A DNA stretch of 64,000 nt from Candidatus Fermentibacteraceae bacterium (GTDB taxonomy: Bacteria; Fermentibacterota; Fermentibacteria; Fermentibacterales; JCC-6). The notes below the pieces were generated by a model. It had not been told where the DNA came from. It searched no databases and saw only the letters and a list, made by a program, of their open reading frames with translations. The position numbers and the translations under genes are program-made. Location: positions 192,001-256,000 of the forward strand of contig JBGSZS010000007.1 in NCBI GenBank assembly GCA_041750285.1, in the 5' to 3' direction. This document shows, in pieces, positions 47,653 to 57,822 of the stretch (position 1 is its first letter; every line of letters starts with the position of its first letter).

Positions 47653-47681
47653 TTTACACCCTTTCGGGGGTTGGTTATTCT
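47653..47681 (+). promoter_or_regulatory. sigma70-type promoter of the ugd operon
   Basis: TTTACA, 17 nt, TATTCT, about 60 nt upstream of ATG 47742. Confidence 0.5.
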
Positions 47682-47741
47682 CTTCCCGATGTACGCCCCC
47701 TCACACGGGCGTGAAGGCATCTCCTTCCACATGGAGGAAAA

Positions 47742-49043
47742 ATGAAGATAGCTGTGGTCGGCAGTGGTTACGTGGGGCTTGTGGCGGCGGCGTGCCTTTC
47801 CGAGATGGGCAACACGGTCATATGCGCCGATAACGACAGGAAAAAGGTCGACGGGCTGCGTCAGGGGATAATGCCCATCTACGAACCCGGACTGGACACC
47901 CTGGTGGAGCGGAACGTGAAGGAAGGCCGGCTCTCCTTCACCGACAACACCGCAGAGGCCGTTCTGAAGAGCAGGATCATTTTCATTGCAGTGGGAACGC
48001 CCCCGGACGAGGACGGCAGCGCCGACCTGCAGCACGTGCTTGCGGTGGCCGCCGAGGTGGGCCGCACCATGGACGGCCCCAGGATAGTCGTGAACAAGAG
48101 CACCGTACCGGTTGGCACGGCTGAACGCGTCCGCGACGAGATCATGAAGTACACGGTCCACCCTGTGAGCGTTGTGAGCAACCCCGAGTTCCTCAAGGAG
48201 GGTGACGCGATAGACGATTTCATGAAGCCCGACCGTGTTGTCATCGGTACTGATTCGCCGGAAACCGCCGAGGTCATGAGAGAGCTTTACCGTCCCTTCG
48301 TTCGCACCAACAACCCCATCTACATAATGAGCAACAGGTCGGCCGAGCTGACCAAGTACGTGGCCAACAGCCTTCTTGCAACGAAGATCAGCTTCATCAA
48401 CGAAATAGCCAACCTGTGCGACATCGTGGGCGCCGATGTACACGACATCCGCAGGGGTATCGGCAGCGATTCCAGGATTGGCCCCCATTTCATCTTCCCC
48501 GGGGTCGGCTACGGCGGGAGCTGCTTTCCCAAGGATGTGAAGGCCCTGAGATTCACCGCAACGGAGAACGGTTATCCCCTCAGGATCCTCGACGCGGTCA
48601 CCGAAGTGAACGAGCTTCAGAAAAAGGTGCTCGGCAGGAAGATCGTCCGGGAGTTCGGAAAAGATCTTTCCGGACTCGTCTTCGCCGTCTGGGGGCTTTC
48701 ATTCAAGCCCAACACCGATGACATGCGCGATGCGCCCTCCCTCGTCCTGATAGACGATCTCCTTTCCATGGGGGCATCGGTGAGGGCTTACGATCCCGAA
48801 GCGATGGACTATGCCAGACGGTTGCTCGGCGACAGGATCACCTTCTGCACCACCAGTTACGATGCCCTTCAGGGCGCCGACGCCCTCGTGCTGGTCACCG
48901 AGTGGACGGAGTTCCGGGAGCCCGATTTCGACAGGATCGTCGAGCTCCTCCGCCGGAAGGTGATCTTTGATGGACGAAACATCTGGAACCCCTCCAAGCT
49001 GAAGGAACTTGGCTTCTCATACCACTGCATCGGAAGGGGCTGA
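47742..49043 (+). CDS. ugd: UDP-glucose 6-dehydrogenase
   Basis: GSGYVG, IYEPGL, KSTVP, SNPEFLKEG, GYGGSCFPKD, FKPNTDDMR, DGRN. Confidence 0.93.
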   Translation: MKIAVVGSGYVGLVAAACLSEMGNTVICADNDRKKVDGLRQGIMPIYEPGLDTLVERNVKEGRLSFTDNTAEAVLKSRIIFIAVGTPPDEDGSADLQHVLAVAAEVGRTMDGPRIVVNKSTVPVGTAERVRDEIMKYTVHPVSVVSNPEFLKEGDAIDDFMKPDRVVIGTDSPETAEVMRELYRPFVRTNNPIYIMSNRSAELTKYVANSLLATKISFINEIANLCDIVGADVHDIRRGIGSDSRIGPHFIFPGVGYGGSCFPKDVKALRFTATENGYPLRILDAVTEVNELQKKVLGRKIVREFGKDLSGLVFAVWGLSFKPNTDDMRDAPSLVLIDDLLSMGASVRAYDPEAMDYARRLLGDRITFCTTSYDALQGADALVLVTEWTEFREPDFDRIVELLRRKVIFDGRNIWNPSKLKELGFSYHCIGRG

Positions 49044-49044
49044 C

Positions 49045-50364
49045 TTGAGCCGGTTCAGAGAGCGCCTTGCGGGGCGTGAAAAACCCGTTGTCGGTGTGAT
49101 AGGGCTTGGATATGTGGGCCTTCCGCTCGCCATGGAGTTTGCCCTCGGCGGCTGCAGGGTTCTCGGTGTGGACATCGATCCCGGGAAGCCAAGGCTTCTG
49201 GAACTCGGCCGCAGCTATCTCAAGCACATTTCAGACGAGCGGGTGAGGGATGCCGTACGGACCGGCCTTTTCACGACCACGACGGACTTCGGTGTGCTGG
49301 GCGAAGCCGACGCCATAATCATCGCTGTTCCCACCCCTCTGGGGCATCACCGTCAGCCCGACCTCAGCTACGTTCTCAACTCCTGCAGGGAGGCGGCTGC
49401 CGTCCTCTCGAGAGGACAGATCGTCATACTCGAATCCACGACGTATCCTGGAACCACCCGTGACGAGATGGTTCCCGTCCTCGAAACCAGCGGGCTCAAG
49501 GCGGGCCCCGACTTTCATGTGGCCTTTTCCCCGGAGAGGGAGGACCCGGGCAACCCCACCTACAGGACCCGGACCATCCCGAAACTGGTGGGCGGCCTTA
49601 CCCCTGACTGCACCGATGCCGCATGTTTCGTTTACTCATTCGCGATCGACACGGTCATCCCGGTGAGCTCCCCCGAAGTGGCGGAAATGGCCAAGATAAC
49701 CGAGAACACCTACCGGGCCGTAAACATCGCCCTGGTGAACGAACTCAAGCTGCTGGCCCACAGGATGGGCATCGACATATGGGAAGTGATAAGGGCCGCC
49801 TCCTCGAAGCCGTTCGGTTTCACCCCGTTCTATCCCGGCCCCGGCCTTGGCGGTCACTGTATTCCCATCGACCCGTTCTACCTGACCTGGAAGGCGAGGC
49901 AGTACGAGATGCCCACCAGGTTCATCGAACTTGCCGGGGAGATCAACACGTCAATGCCCGATTTCGTGGTTGAAAGGGTGGCCGAAGCCCTCAACAGCCA
50001 CAGGAAGCCCGTCAACGGAAGCCGGATACTCATACTCGGAATGGCCTACAAACCCGACATCGACGACTACCGCGAAACCCCCGCGCTGAAGGTGATGGAG
50101 AAGCTGATCGGCATGGGTGCATGTGTTGACTACAATGATCCCTACATTCCCCAGATCCCGGCCACGACAAGACAGACCCACAGGCAGCCCGTCGGTGTGG
50201 AGCTGTCCCCCGAAACCCTGGCGGACTATGATTGTGCAGTGGTGATCACCGGCCATTCCTGCTACGACTGGCAGTGGATCGTTGACAACAGCCGGCTGGT
50301 GGTCGACACCAGGAACGCCTGTGCCGGAGTGGCCAGGGGAATCGAAAGAGTATTCAAGGCGTGA
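49045..50364 (+). CDS. nucleotide-sugar dehydrogenase (UDP-N-acetylhexosamine 6-dehydrogenase, WbpA/WecC-like)
   Basis: GLGYVGLPLA, ESTTYPGTT, SPEREDPGN, ENTYRAVNIA, GGHCIPIDP; TTG 49045. Confidence 0.9.
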   Translation: MSRFRERLAGREKPVVGVIGLGYVGLPLAMEFALGGCRVLGVDIDPGKPRLLELGRSYLKHISDERVRDAVRTGLFTTTTDFGVLGEADAIIIAVPTPLGHHRQPDLSYVLNSCREAAAVLSRGQIVILESTTYPGTTRDEMVPVLETSGLKAGPDFHVAFSPEREDPGNPTYRTRTIPKLVGGLTPDCTDAACFVYSFAIDTVIPVSSPEVAEMAKITENTYRAVNIALVNELKLLAHRMGIDIWEVIRAASSKPFGFTPFYPGPGLGGHCIPIDPFYLTWKARQYEMPTRFIELAGEINTSMPDFVVERVAEALNSHRKPVNGSRILILGMAYKPDIDDYRETPALKVMEKLIGMGACVDYNDPYIPQIPATTRQTHRQPVGVELSPETLADYDCAVVITGHSCYDWQWIVDNSRLVVDTRNACAGVARGIERVFKA

Positions 50365-50777
50365 TCGCTCTTCTTTCATTGCTGCTCTGCGGCCAGGCTG
50401 CTCCTCCCGGGGACGGATACATCGTGCCCGGGGTGGACGCCGAGCGTGTCACCATGACGGTCAACGTGTGGGGCGAAGTGAGGGATCCGGGAGTCCACCA
50501 GATCCCATGGAACGCCGATCTCGTGGCTGCGCTCAGCGCGGCGGGCGGCCCCACGGGCCAGGCCGACCTCAGGGACGTCCGCATAGTGTACCGCGATTTT
50601 CAGAGCGAGTACGATCTCAGGGCGTACCTTGACGGCGAGGGCTCAACGGTGCCCTCCATGGAACCGGGCGTTACCGTCTACATCGGCCGGAGCGGGTACG
50701 AGTGGTGGAAGGAAGTCGTGGACTTCGGATACAAGCTGATCGTGGCCGTTAACCTGATACTGGTGGTCACGCGGTGA
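50361..50777 (+). CDS. SLBB-domain polysaccharide-export-associated protein
   Basis: Signal-like N-terminus; VNVWGEVRDPG..ALSAAGG (SLBB); hydrophobic C-terminal helix. Confidence 0.75.
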   Translation: MIALLSLLLCGQAAPPGDGYIVPGVDAERVTMTVNVWGEVRDPGVHQIPWNADLVAALSAAGGPTGQADLRDVRIVYRDFQSEYDLRAYLDGEGSTVPSMEPGVTVYIGRSGYEWWKEVVDFGYKLIVAVNLILVVTR

Positions 50778-52969
50778 ACGATGCCGGTTTCGGCCCTTCC
50801 GGTCTCCCCCAGGAGGGCGAGGGGATAAACCTTCAGGAATACCTCTGGCTTATACGCAGGGGCAAGTGGATCATACTGGCGGGCGTGTTCCTGGGGCTTC
50901 TGACCGCGTTCTGGATCAATGCCCGTACGACACCCGTATACAGCTCGAGCGCCAGTTTCATCTACAACCTCGAGAACAAGATGTCCCGCACGCTGGACAT
51001 GCCCGGCGCTCTGTGGTTCGAGATGGAGGCTGTACGGAACAACCAGATCCACCTCATAAGAAGCCGCTCCATGGCCGAGATGGTTGCCGATTCCATCCTC
51101 AGGTCACCAGCTGCGGACAGCCTTGTAGTCGTGCTCTTCCACGGCAACGTCCCTCCTTCGCCATACATCAGGAACAGCCTTGCGGGGCTTGTCGCGGCAA
51201 GCATCTCCGTGAGCTGGGTGAAGGACACCGACTTCTTCAGCCTTTCAGCCGTGGGCTACAGCCCCGAAGCTTCCGCCGTGCTGGCGAACCTCACCGTAAG
51301 CGTCTACCGCCGGTGGAACCAGAGCGACGCCCAGGGCGAGAACCGTCAGGTCAGGGTGTTCCTCGAGTCCCAGCTGGACCAGATCTCCGAAGAACTGCAG
51401 ACGGCCGAGGACGAGCTGCTCATGTTCAAGGAGAACAACCAGGTCGTGGACCTCACCACTGAAACCCGGAACCTGATCACCGCCGTTTCCACCTTCGAAT
51501 CCCAGGCCGCTGCGGCAGCAACCGAAGCATCCGCCGCCGCAGTCCGCCGCGACTACCTCAGGGGGCAGCTTGAAGAAAGGCGGGTCTTTCTCTCCTCCGA
51601 CCTCGAAACCGTCAGCAGCACCCTCATAAGCACCCTGCAGGACAACATCTCGAGGCTCGAGACCTCAAGGGCGGCCCTGCTTGCGCAGGGTGCGGACCCT
51701 GAATCCCCTGCGGTGCTCGAGATCCAGCGCAGCATTGCAGGCTACTCGGAAAGCCTTGCCGAAGCCATAGCAAGCGCCTCCGGGGTAAGCCATCCCGCCA
51801 ACCCGGCCGGAGCGGTCGACAACATGATGACAGGCCTGGTCGAAGCCGAAGCCGGGTACCGTGCGGCAATGGCTCGCAGAAACGCCCTTGAAGCACGTAT
51901 AAGCTCCCTCGAATCGGGTCTGACCGGTCTTCCCGTCCTCGAGTACGAACTGGCCAGGCTCGAGCGCAACCGTACCGTTAGTGAGAACATCTTCATCCTC
52001 CTGAGAACCAAGTTCGAGGAGATACGCATCGCGGAGGTCGGACAGATCGGTAACGTCACGATCGTCGATACAGCTCTCCCCGGCGGGATGATTATTCCCA
52101 CCACCCGAAGAAACCTGATGATGGGTCTCATCGTGGGGCTGGCTGTGGGCGTGGGGATCGTCTTTCTCCTGCACCAGCTCGATGTGAGCATCCGCACCCC
52201 TGATCAGCTGGAGAAGCTTGGGATCCCGGTCATCGGAGTGATACCCAAGAACATCTCCGCACGGAAGGACGGCGTCAGCATAGTCCTTCTGGACAAACCG
52301 ATCTCTCCCGATTCCGAAGCCTTCCGCGATCTTCGAACAAGCCTCGATTTCGTGAAGATAGGCGAGCGCGTCAGGAAGATCCTCGTCACGAGCTGTGGCC
52401 CCCAGGAGGGGAAATCCACGACCGCGGCGAACCTGGCCGTGGCCGAATCACGCACGGGCAGAAAGGTCCTTCTGATTGACTGTGACCTCCGCCGGCCAAT
52501 GCTTCACAGGGTCTTCGGCCTGTCCAAGGAACCGGGTTTCACCGAGCTCGTTGCGGGCAAGAGCACGATGGCGGAAGCCATCCACGAAACGATCGAGCCG
52601 AACCTGTTCCTCCTTCCCAGCGGAAGGGTGCCCCACAATCCCGCCGAACTCGTGGGTGCCGCGTCCAATTCAAGGTTCTTCGACACATTCCTTCCCGCGC
52701 ATGACCTTGTGATCATCGATGCTCCACCTGTGGCAATGGTCACGGACGCCATGGTGATACTGCCCTCGGTCGACACCGCCATTGTCGTGGCGAAAGCCGG
52801 TGAGGTGAACATCAAGGTCCTGGAGGCGGTGTGGCAGAAACTGGAGAGAACGGGCTGCCATGTCGCCGGTGCGGTGCTCAACGGATTCGAGCCGGGGAGG
52901 AACTACTCGGGCGTCAACTACTACACCTACAGGTACAGCTACTCATACCGCAGAGACTACGATACCTGA
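50774..52969 (+). CDS. wzc: Wzc-like polysaccharide co-polymerase / BY tyrosine autokinase
   Basis: Two TMs flanking a coiled coil; EAFRDLRT, GPQEGKST, IDCDLRRP, IIDAPP; Tyr-rich tail YSGVNYYTYRYSYSY. Confidence 0.9.
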   Translation: MNDAGFGPSGLPQEGEGINLQEYLWLIRRGKWIILAGVFLGLLTAFWINARTTPVYSSSASFIYNLENKMSRTLDMPGALWFEMEAVRNNQIHLIRSRSMAEMVADSILRSPAADSLVVVLFHGNVPPSPYIRNSLAGLVAASISVSWVKDTDFFSLSAVGYSPEASAVLANLTVSVYRRWNQSDAQGENRQVRVFLESQLDQISEELQTAEDELLMFKENNQVVDLTTETRNLITAVSTFESQAAAAATEASAAAVRRDYLRGQLEERRVFLSSDLETVSSTLISTLQDNISRLETSRAALLAQGADPESPAVLEIQRSIAGYSESLAEAIASASGVSHPANPAGAVDNMMTGLVEAEAGYRAAMARRNALEARISSLESGLTGLPVLEYELARLERNRTVSENIFILLRTKFEEIRIAEVGQIGNVTIVDTALPGGMIIPTTRRNLMMGLIVGLAVGVGIVFLLHQLDVSIRTPDQLEKLGIPVIGVIPKNISARKDGVSIVLLDKPISPDSEAFRDLRTSLDFVKIGERVRKILVTSCGPQEGKSTTAANLAVAESRTGRKVLLIDCDLRRPMLHRVFGLSKEPGFTELVAGKSTMAEAIHETIEPNLFLLPSGRVPHNPAELVGAASNSRFFDTFLPAHDLVIIDAPPVAMVTDAMVILPSVDTAIVVAKAGEVNIKVLEAVWQKLERTGCHVAGAVLNGFEPGRNYSGVNYYTYRYSYSYRRDYDT

Positions 52970-53041
52970 TCCATTGAATCCCAGCCCCCGACCACTCAGG
53001 AAACCACAATCCGGTGGCATTTCCATGCCTTCCCATACCAA

Positions 53042-53087
53042 ATGGGATGATGTGGGGTAAAGTGGGTTGACAGTGGGGCAAAGTGGG
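53042..53087 (+). promoter_or_regulatory. MraZ-binding direct repeats and dcw promoter
   Basis: GTGGG at 53052, 53062, 53073, 53083 and ATGGG at 53042 (10-11 nt period); TTGACA at 53067-53072. Confidence 0.85.
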
Positions 53088-53115
53088 GTAATGATTCCGC
53101 CATAGAGGAGGGGCC

Positions 53116-53556
53116 ATGGCGGAATTCATAGGCACGCACATTCACACTCTGGATGACAAGGGGAGGGTCAGCGTGCCCGCCCAGTTCCGCCGGATGCTCA
53201 CGGGCGAAGACCTCTACCTCAACAGGGAACTGGACGACTGCCTCGTGCTCTACCAGGCAGAGAAGTGGGAGCGGATCCGGTCCGGCTTCGAGGAAAAACT
53301 GTCCCGCAGCAACAGACAGCACCGCCGGTTCCTGCGCTGGGTGGGCGCAAAGCTCAGGCCGGTCACTGTTGACTCCCAGGGCAGGATAGCCATTCCCCAA
53401 GACATGCAGGAAGCTGCCGGCATCACCGGCGAGGTAATGTTTCTGGGTCAGTTCGACCGCATCGAACTGTGGGATCCGAAGAAGTACGAAGCCTACATGC
53501 GGACCGAAGAAGAGTCCTTCGAAGACATCGCCGAGACACTGGACATCGACCTGTAG
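53116..53556 (+). CDS. mraZ: division/cell wall cluster repressor
   Basis: LDDKGRVSVPAQFR, VDSQGRIAIP, RIELW. Confidence 0.95.
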   Translation: MAEFIGTHIHTLDDKGRVSVPAQFRRMLTGEDLYLNRELDDCLVLYQAEKWERIRSGFEEKLSRSNRQHRRFLRWVGAKLRPVTVDSQGRIAIPQDMQEAAGITGEVMFLGQFDRIELWDPKKYEAYMRTEEESFEDIAETLDIDL

Positions 53557-53565
53557 GGGGGCGTC

Positions 53566-54408
53566 TTGAGCGGACACGTTCCAATCATGGTGCAGAAGGT
53601 CACGGGATTCTTCCAGGGAGCTCCGGACGGGACCATCGTTGACGGAACCGCCGGCGGAGGCGGGCACCTTGAGGCACTCAGGATGTGCTGCCCCGAAAGG
53701 CGGCTTGTAGCGATGGAGAGGGATCCTGTCTTCTCTGCGGCCCTTGAGCTGAGGTTCCGTGACGATCCCATGGTCACCGTCCACAACCGGAGCTATGCCG
53801 AGATACAGACCGTCCTGACAGAACCGGCCGCCGGAGCCCTTTTCGACCTCGGACTGAGTTCGCTTCAACTCGACGATCCGTCACGGGGGTTTTCCCACCG
53901 CCTGGACGGCCCGCTTGACATGAGGTTCGACACCAGCCGCGGAGAGCCCATGCACGAGAGGCTCAGGTCGATGGGTGAAGCCGAGATCGCCGACATCATC
54001 TACCGGTACGGCCAGGAGGGTCGCAGCCGCAGGATCGCCCGGGAGATACGAAGCGCGATGCCGGTGCGCACAACGCTCGAGCTGCGGGCGGCCGTGATGA
54101 AGGCGGTCGGGGGCAACCCGGTCAAACCCCTTTCCAGGGTGTTCCAGGCATTCCGGATATTCGTGAACGACGAGCTCGTGCAGCTCGACCGGCTGCTTGC
54201 CGGGCTTCACCTGTGGCTTGCGCCGCTGGGCAGGGTCGCCTTCATCACATTCCACTCGATGGAGGACAGGATGGTGAAACTCCTGTTCCGTGACTCCCCG
54301 CATTTTCTCTGCACCGATCCACCCTGGCAGCTCCCATCTCCCGAAGAGCTGAGGGAAAACCCCAGGGCAAGGTCCGCCAGGCTCCGCACCGCAGTGAGGG
54401 CGTCATGA
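53566..54408 (+). CDS. rsmH: 16S rRNA m4C1402 methyltransferase
   Basis: HVPIM, DGTAGGGGH, DLGLSSLQLD..RGFS, PLDMR, FHSMEDR, NPRARSARLR. Confidence 0.95.
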   Translation: MSGHVPIMVQKVTGFFQGAPDGTIVDGTAGGGGHLEALRMCCPERRLVAMERDPVFSAALELRFRDDPMVTVHNRSYAEIQTVLTEPAAGALFDLGLSSLQLDDPSRGFSHRLDGPLDMRFDTSRGEPMHERLRSMGEAEIADIIYRYGQEGRSRRIAREIRSAMPVRTTLELRAAVMKAVGGNPVKPLSRVFQAFRIFVNDELVQLDRLLAGLHLWLAPLGRVAFITFHSMEDRMVKLLFRDSPHFLCTDPPWQLPSPEELRENPRARSARLRTAVRAS

Positions 54409-54674
54409 GCTTCAGGACGACGATCCTGCTCATGCTGCTGGCGGCCCTGCTTTTCAATGCGGTCATCCAGATGGGCATGAAGAACTACAGGCTGGCAATG
54501 CTTGTTGAGCTTCACAGGATGGAGCAGGAACTCGACCGCCTGAACCGCAGGGTATCCGAGGCAGAAGGCGCCGTGGCAAGGCTTGAGAACCCCCAGCGGC
54601 TCAGGGAGATTGGCGCAGCCATGGGGCTGGTTCCCATGCCGCTTTCCGCCTTCACGTTGATGGAGGAAGAGTGA
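54405..54674 (+). CDS. ftsL: cell division protein FtsL-like
   Basis: Position in dcw; TM + leucine-zipper coiled coil ending LENPQRL..MGL. Confidence 0.75.
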   Translation: MSFRTTILLMLLAALLFNAVIQMGMKNYRLAMLVELHRMEQELDRLNRRVSEAEGAVARLENPQRLREIGAAMGLVPMPLSAFTLMEEE

Positions 54675-56386
54675 GACCCCCGCGTGAATGCCCGAGCGAA
54701 CGGCTCGGGGCAAGGCTCAAGCTCTGCATGCTCGTGAATCTCCTTTTCTTCATCCTCATCGTGTTCTCGCTGTTTCGGATACAGGTCCTGGACCATTCGA
54801 GGTGGAGTGCCCTGGCGGACGGCCAGAACACGGTCGTACTCGAGATTGAACCCGGCAGGGGCCGGATCTATGACCGAAACGGATACCTCGTGGCCGGAAA
54901 CGAATCCTTCGCCAGGTTCAGTGTTTACTGGCCGGAAGTTCCCGCTGATCAGGCCTCCGAGGTCGACCGGGTGGCCGGGCTTCTCTCCGGGGCAGGTTTT
55001 CCCGTGCCGCTTGACCGGAAACCGGGCTACCAGGTTCTCGCCGACGACGTTCCCTACCCGGTTGCCCTCGAGATCATGAGCCAGGGTTCCAGAATGGTGA
55101 ACTGCGCTGTGCTCAACCGTCGGGTGTACCCGATGGGCGATGTGATGATGCCTGTCATCGGCCGGTGCACTCCGGACAACACCGAGGGGCTGGAACTGCA
55201 GCTGAACTCGGTCCTCCAGGGGGTTCCTGGCCGAACCACACTCGAACGAAGCGCCTGGATGGGCTACAGCCTTCAGGACATCGAGTCGGAGAGCGTCCCG
55301 GCCCGGGACGGGCTGGACGTGATACTGACGATCGACGCCCGTTTCCAGGCCATCGCCCAGGAGGAGCTCGAGGCAGCGGTAATCCAGGCAGGGGCCGAGT
55401 GGGGCGCTGTTGTCGTCGTGGACCCCGGGAACGGTGACATCCTGGCGATGGCGAGCTACCCGGTCAGGGACGAGAACGGAGCTCCCGCAAGGAACAACTG
55501 CGTCCAGAGCAATCACGAACCGGGCAGCACGTTCAAGGCCTTCACACTGGCTGCCGGCCTGTCCGAGGGGCTCGTATCCCTTTCCGACAGCTTCGACGTG
55601 TCGCGGGGGTGGATGGAGGTCTCGGGAGTAAGGATCCATGACAGCCACCACATAGACAGCATTCTCAGCCTTACCCAGGTGATCTCGCTGAGCAGCAACG
55701 TGGGCACGGTGATGATGGCAAGAGCCATTCCCGACTCAATCCTGTACAACTACTGCCGTGATTTCGGCTTCGGCCGCGCAACGGGAGTTGAACTCCCGGG
55801 CGAGCTTGACGGGGTTCTCTATCCGCCGTCCAGGTGGTCCGGAGTATCGAGGGCGAACCTGGCCATAGGGCAGGAGATCTGCGTAACACCGCTTCAGCTT
55901 GCCATGGCATACAGCGCCATTGCCAACGGGGGAATCCTCTATGGCCCCAGGCTCGTGTCCGCGACCGGGTCGGACGGAGAGTGGAGTCACTGGAACGTCT
56001 TTGAGAGGGGCAGGGTGATCTCCCCCGAGACCGCCGCGCAGATACGGAGCATTCTCACAACCGCGGTGGAGGAGGGCACGGGCACCTCCGCGATGATCCC
56101 GGGTGTGAGGATTGCCGGCAAGACGGGTACTGCGGAGAGGCTCGCCCTGGGCGACAACATGTATCTCTCCGCCTTCGCGGGAATGGTTCCTGCCGAGAAT
56201 CCCGAGATCGTTGCCGTGGTTGTCATCGACCAGCCTTCCTACGCTTACCGCTGGGGAAGCACGCTCGCAGCCCCGGCTTTCCAGAGGATCGTTTCGAGGA
56301 TGCTCTCCTCCGATCCGGACATGGCCCTCTCCCCGCAGGGCAGCGGCGAAGGCATGCTGGCTTCGGGATGGGAGGCGGCCCGGTGA
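54671..56386 (+). CDS. ftsI: class B penicillin-binding protein (PBP3)
   Basis: RGRIYDRNG, RVYP, GLE, EPGSTFK (SxxK), SSN, KTG. Confidence 0.92.
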   Translation: MRPPRECPSERLGARLKLCMLVNLLFFILIVFSLFRIQVLDHSRWSALADGQNTVVLEIEPGRGRIYDRNGYLVAGNESFARFSVYWPEVPADQASEVDRVAGLLSGAGFPVPLDRKPGYQVLADDVPYPVALEIMSQGSRMVNCAVLNRRVYPMGDVMMPVIGRCTPDNTEGLELQLNSVLQGVPGRTTLERSAWMGYSLQDIESESVPARDGLDVILTIDARFQAIAQEELEAAVIQAGAEWGAVVVVDPGNGDILAMASYPVRDENGAPARNNCVQSNHEPGSTFKAFTLAAGLSEGLVSLSDSFDVSRGWMEVSGVRIHDSHHIDSILSLTQVISLSSNVGTVMMARAIPDSILYNYCRDFGFGRATGVELPGELDGVLYPPSRWSGVSRANLAIGQEICVTPLQLAMAYSAIANGGILYGPRLVSATGSDGEWSHWNVFERGRVISPETAAQIRSILTTAVEEGTGTSAMIPGVRIAGKTGTAERLALGDNMYLSAFAGMVPAENPEIVAVVVIDQPSYAYRWGSTLAAPAFQRIVSRMLSSDPDMALSPQGSGEGMLASGWEAAR

Positions 56387-57822
56387 GACTTGCAGCCCTT
56401 CTTCACGGCCTGGGAATGGAAACCGGCGCCCGCGACCCCGAAGTGACACTTGTCACCGCCGATTCCAGGACCGTTGTTCATGGAGCCCTGTTCGTCGCTG
56501 TCAGGGGGTTCAGCACCGACGGCCACCTGCATGTCTCCGAAGCCATTTCCGCCGGCGCGGCCGCCGTGATCACGGAGATTCCCCTCGACAGCTCATCCGG
56601 GAGTGTCATCCTGAACCCTGCGGGAGACAACAGAAAGCTCCTGTCTCTCCTGGCGGCACGCTTCTACCGCGAACCATGGGCGGATCTGACGACGGCCGGC
56701 ATCACGGGAACCAACGGCAAGACCAGCACTGCGCACATGCTTGCCTGGATACTCAGGTCCGCCGGGCATCCGACAGGGGTTCTCGGCACGGTTGGACACA
56801 CCGTTGCCGGAAGCTTCGTGCCCGCGGATGTGACCACCCCTGACGCCCTGGAGACGGCCCGGCTTATGAGGGCAATGGTCGATCAGGGGGACAGGGCCTG
56901 CGTAATGGAGGTTTCGAGCCACGCCCTCTCCCTGGCCCGGGTTGATCAGGTCAGGTTCGATGCCGCGGTGTTCACGAACATCAGCCAGGACCACCTGGAT
57001 TTTCACGGAAACATGGACGACTATCTCAAGGCGAAGCTCCATCTGCTCGACCTCCTCAAACCCGGCGCCACGCCGGTGATGGGCAGCGCCTCACGGGAGT
57101 GGGCGGGAACGCCCGGCGCCATCTTCTTCGGAAGCAGTCCAGGGGACGATTTCATGGTGAGCAGCGCCAGGACCGGGATAGACGGCTCGCGCTTCACGCT
57201 CGACTCACCCGGGGGCAGTTTCGATGTCGTCCTCAGGGCTCCCGGAACCTTCAGCATCGTGAATGCCGCCGGTTCGATAGCCGCTGCTTCGGTCCTGGGC
57301 ATTCCGGTGGAGAAGTCGGTCGCCGCACTGTCAAGCTTTTCCGGCGTTCCGGGGAGGATGGAGAGGGTCGGGGGCGCTGATGGTTTTCTAGTTGCAGTCG
57401 ACTACGCCCATACCCCGGATGCCCTTGAAAGGGTTCTCACACAGGGAAGGGACCTTGCCGAAGGCAGGCTGATATCCGTTTTCGGCTGCGGAGGCGACCG
57501 CGACCCCGGCAAAAGGCCCCTGATGGGCGCCATCTCCAGAAGGCTCGCGGGCATATCCGTGGTCACCAGCGACAATCCCAGGACCGAAGACCCCATGAAG
57601 ATCATCCGGGGGATACTCTCGGGAATGGGCGACATGGAGAGCGTCATCGTTGAGCCCGACCGCCGCAAGGCAATCAGACTGGCTGTTTCCATCGCCCGTC
57701 CCGGCGACGTGGTGATCATCGCGGGCAAGGGCCACGAGGACTATCAGATCCTGGGCACCGGGAAGATCCACTTCGATGACCGCGAGGAAGCGATGAACGC
57801 TTTGAGGGAGCTTTCGCGATGA
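56383..57822 (+). CDS. murE: UDP-MurNAc-dipeptide:meso-DAP ligase
   Basis: GITGTNGKTS, TTPD, MEVSSH, DHLDFH, DYAHTPD, DNPR (DAP specificity), GKGHE. Confidence 0.95.
   Translation: MRLAALLHGLGMETGARDPEVTLVTADSRTVVHGALFVAVRGFSTDGHLHVSEAISAGAAAVITEIPLDSSSGSVILNPAGDNRKLLSLLAARFYREPWADLTTAGITGTNGKTSTAHMLAWILRSAGHPTGVLGTVGHTVAGSFVPADVTTPDALETARLMRAMVDQGDRACVMEVSSHALSLARVDQVRFDAAVFTNISQDHLDFHGNMDDYLKAKLHLLDLLKPGATPVMGSASREWAGTPGAIFFGSSPGDDFMVSSARTGIDGSRFTLDSPGGSFDVVLRAPGTFSIVNAAGSIAAASVLGIPVEKSVAALSSFSGVPGRMERVGGADGFLVAVDYAHTPDALERVLTQGRDLAEGRLISVFGCGGDRDPGKRPLMGAISRRLAGISVVTSDNPRTEDPMKIIRGILSGMGDMESVIVEPDRRKAIRLAVSIARPGDVVIIAGKGHEDYQILGTGKIHFDDREEAMNALRELSR

Noticed and set aside
47627..47741. 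tRNA-Sec (selC) after selB
   Set aside because: No cloverleaf, TCA anticodon arm or T-loop; the region looks like a promoter
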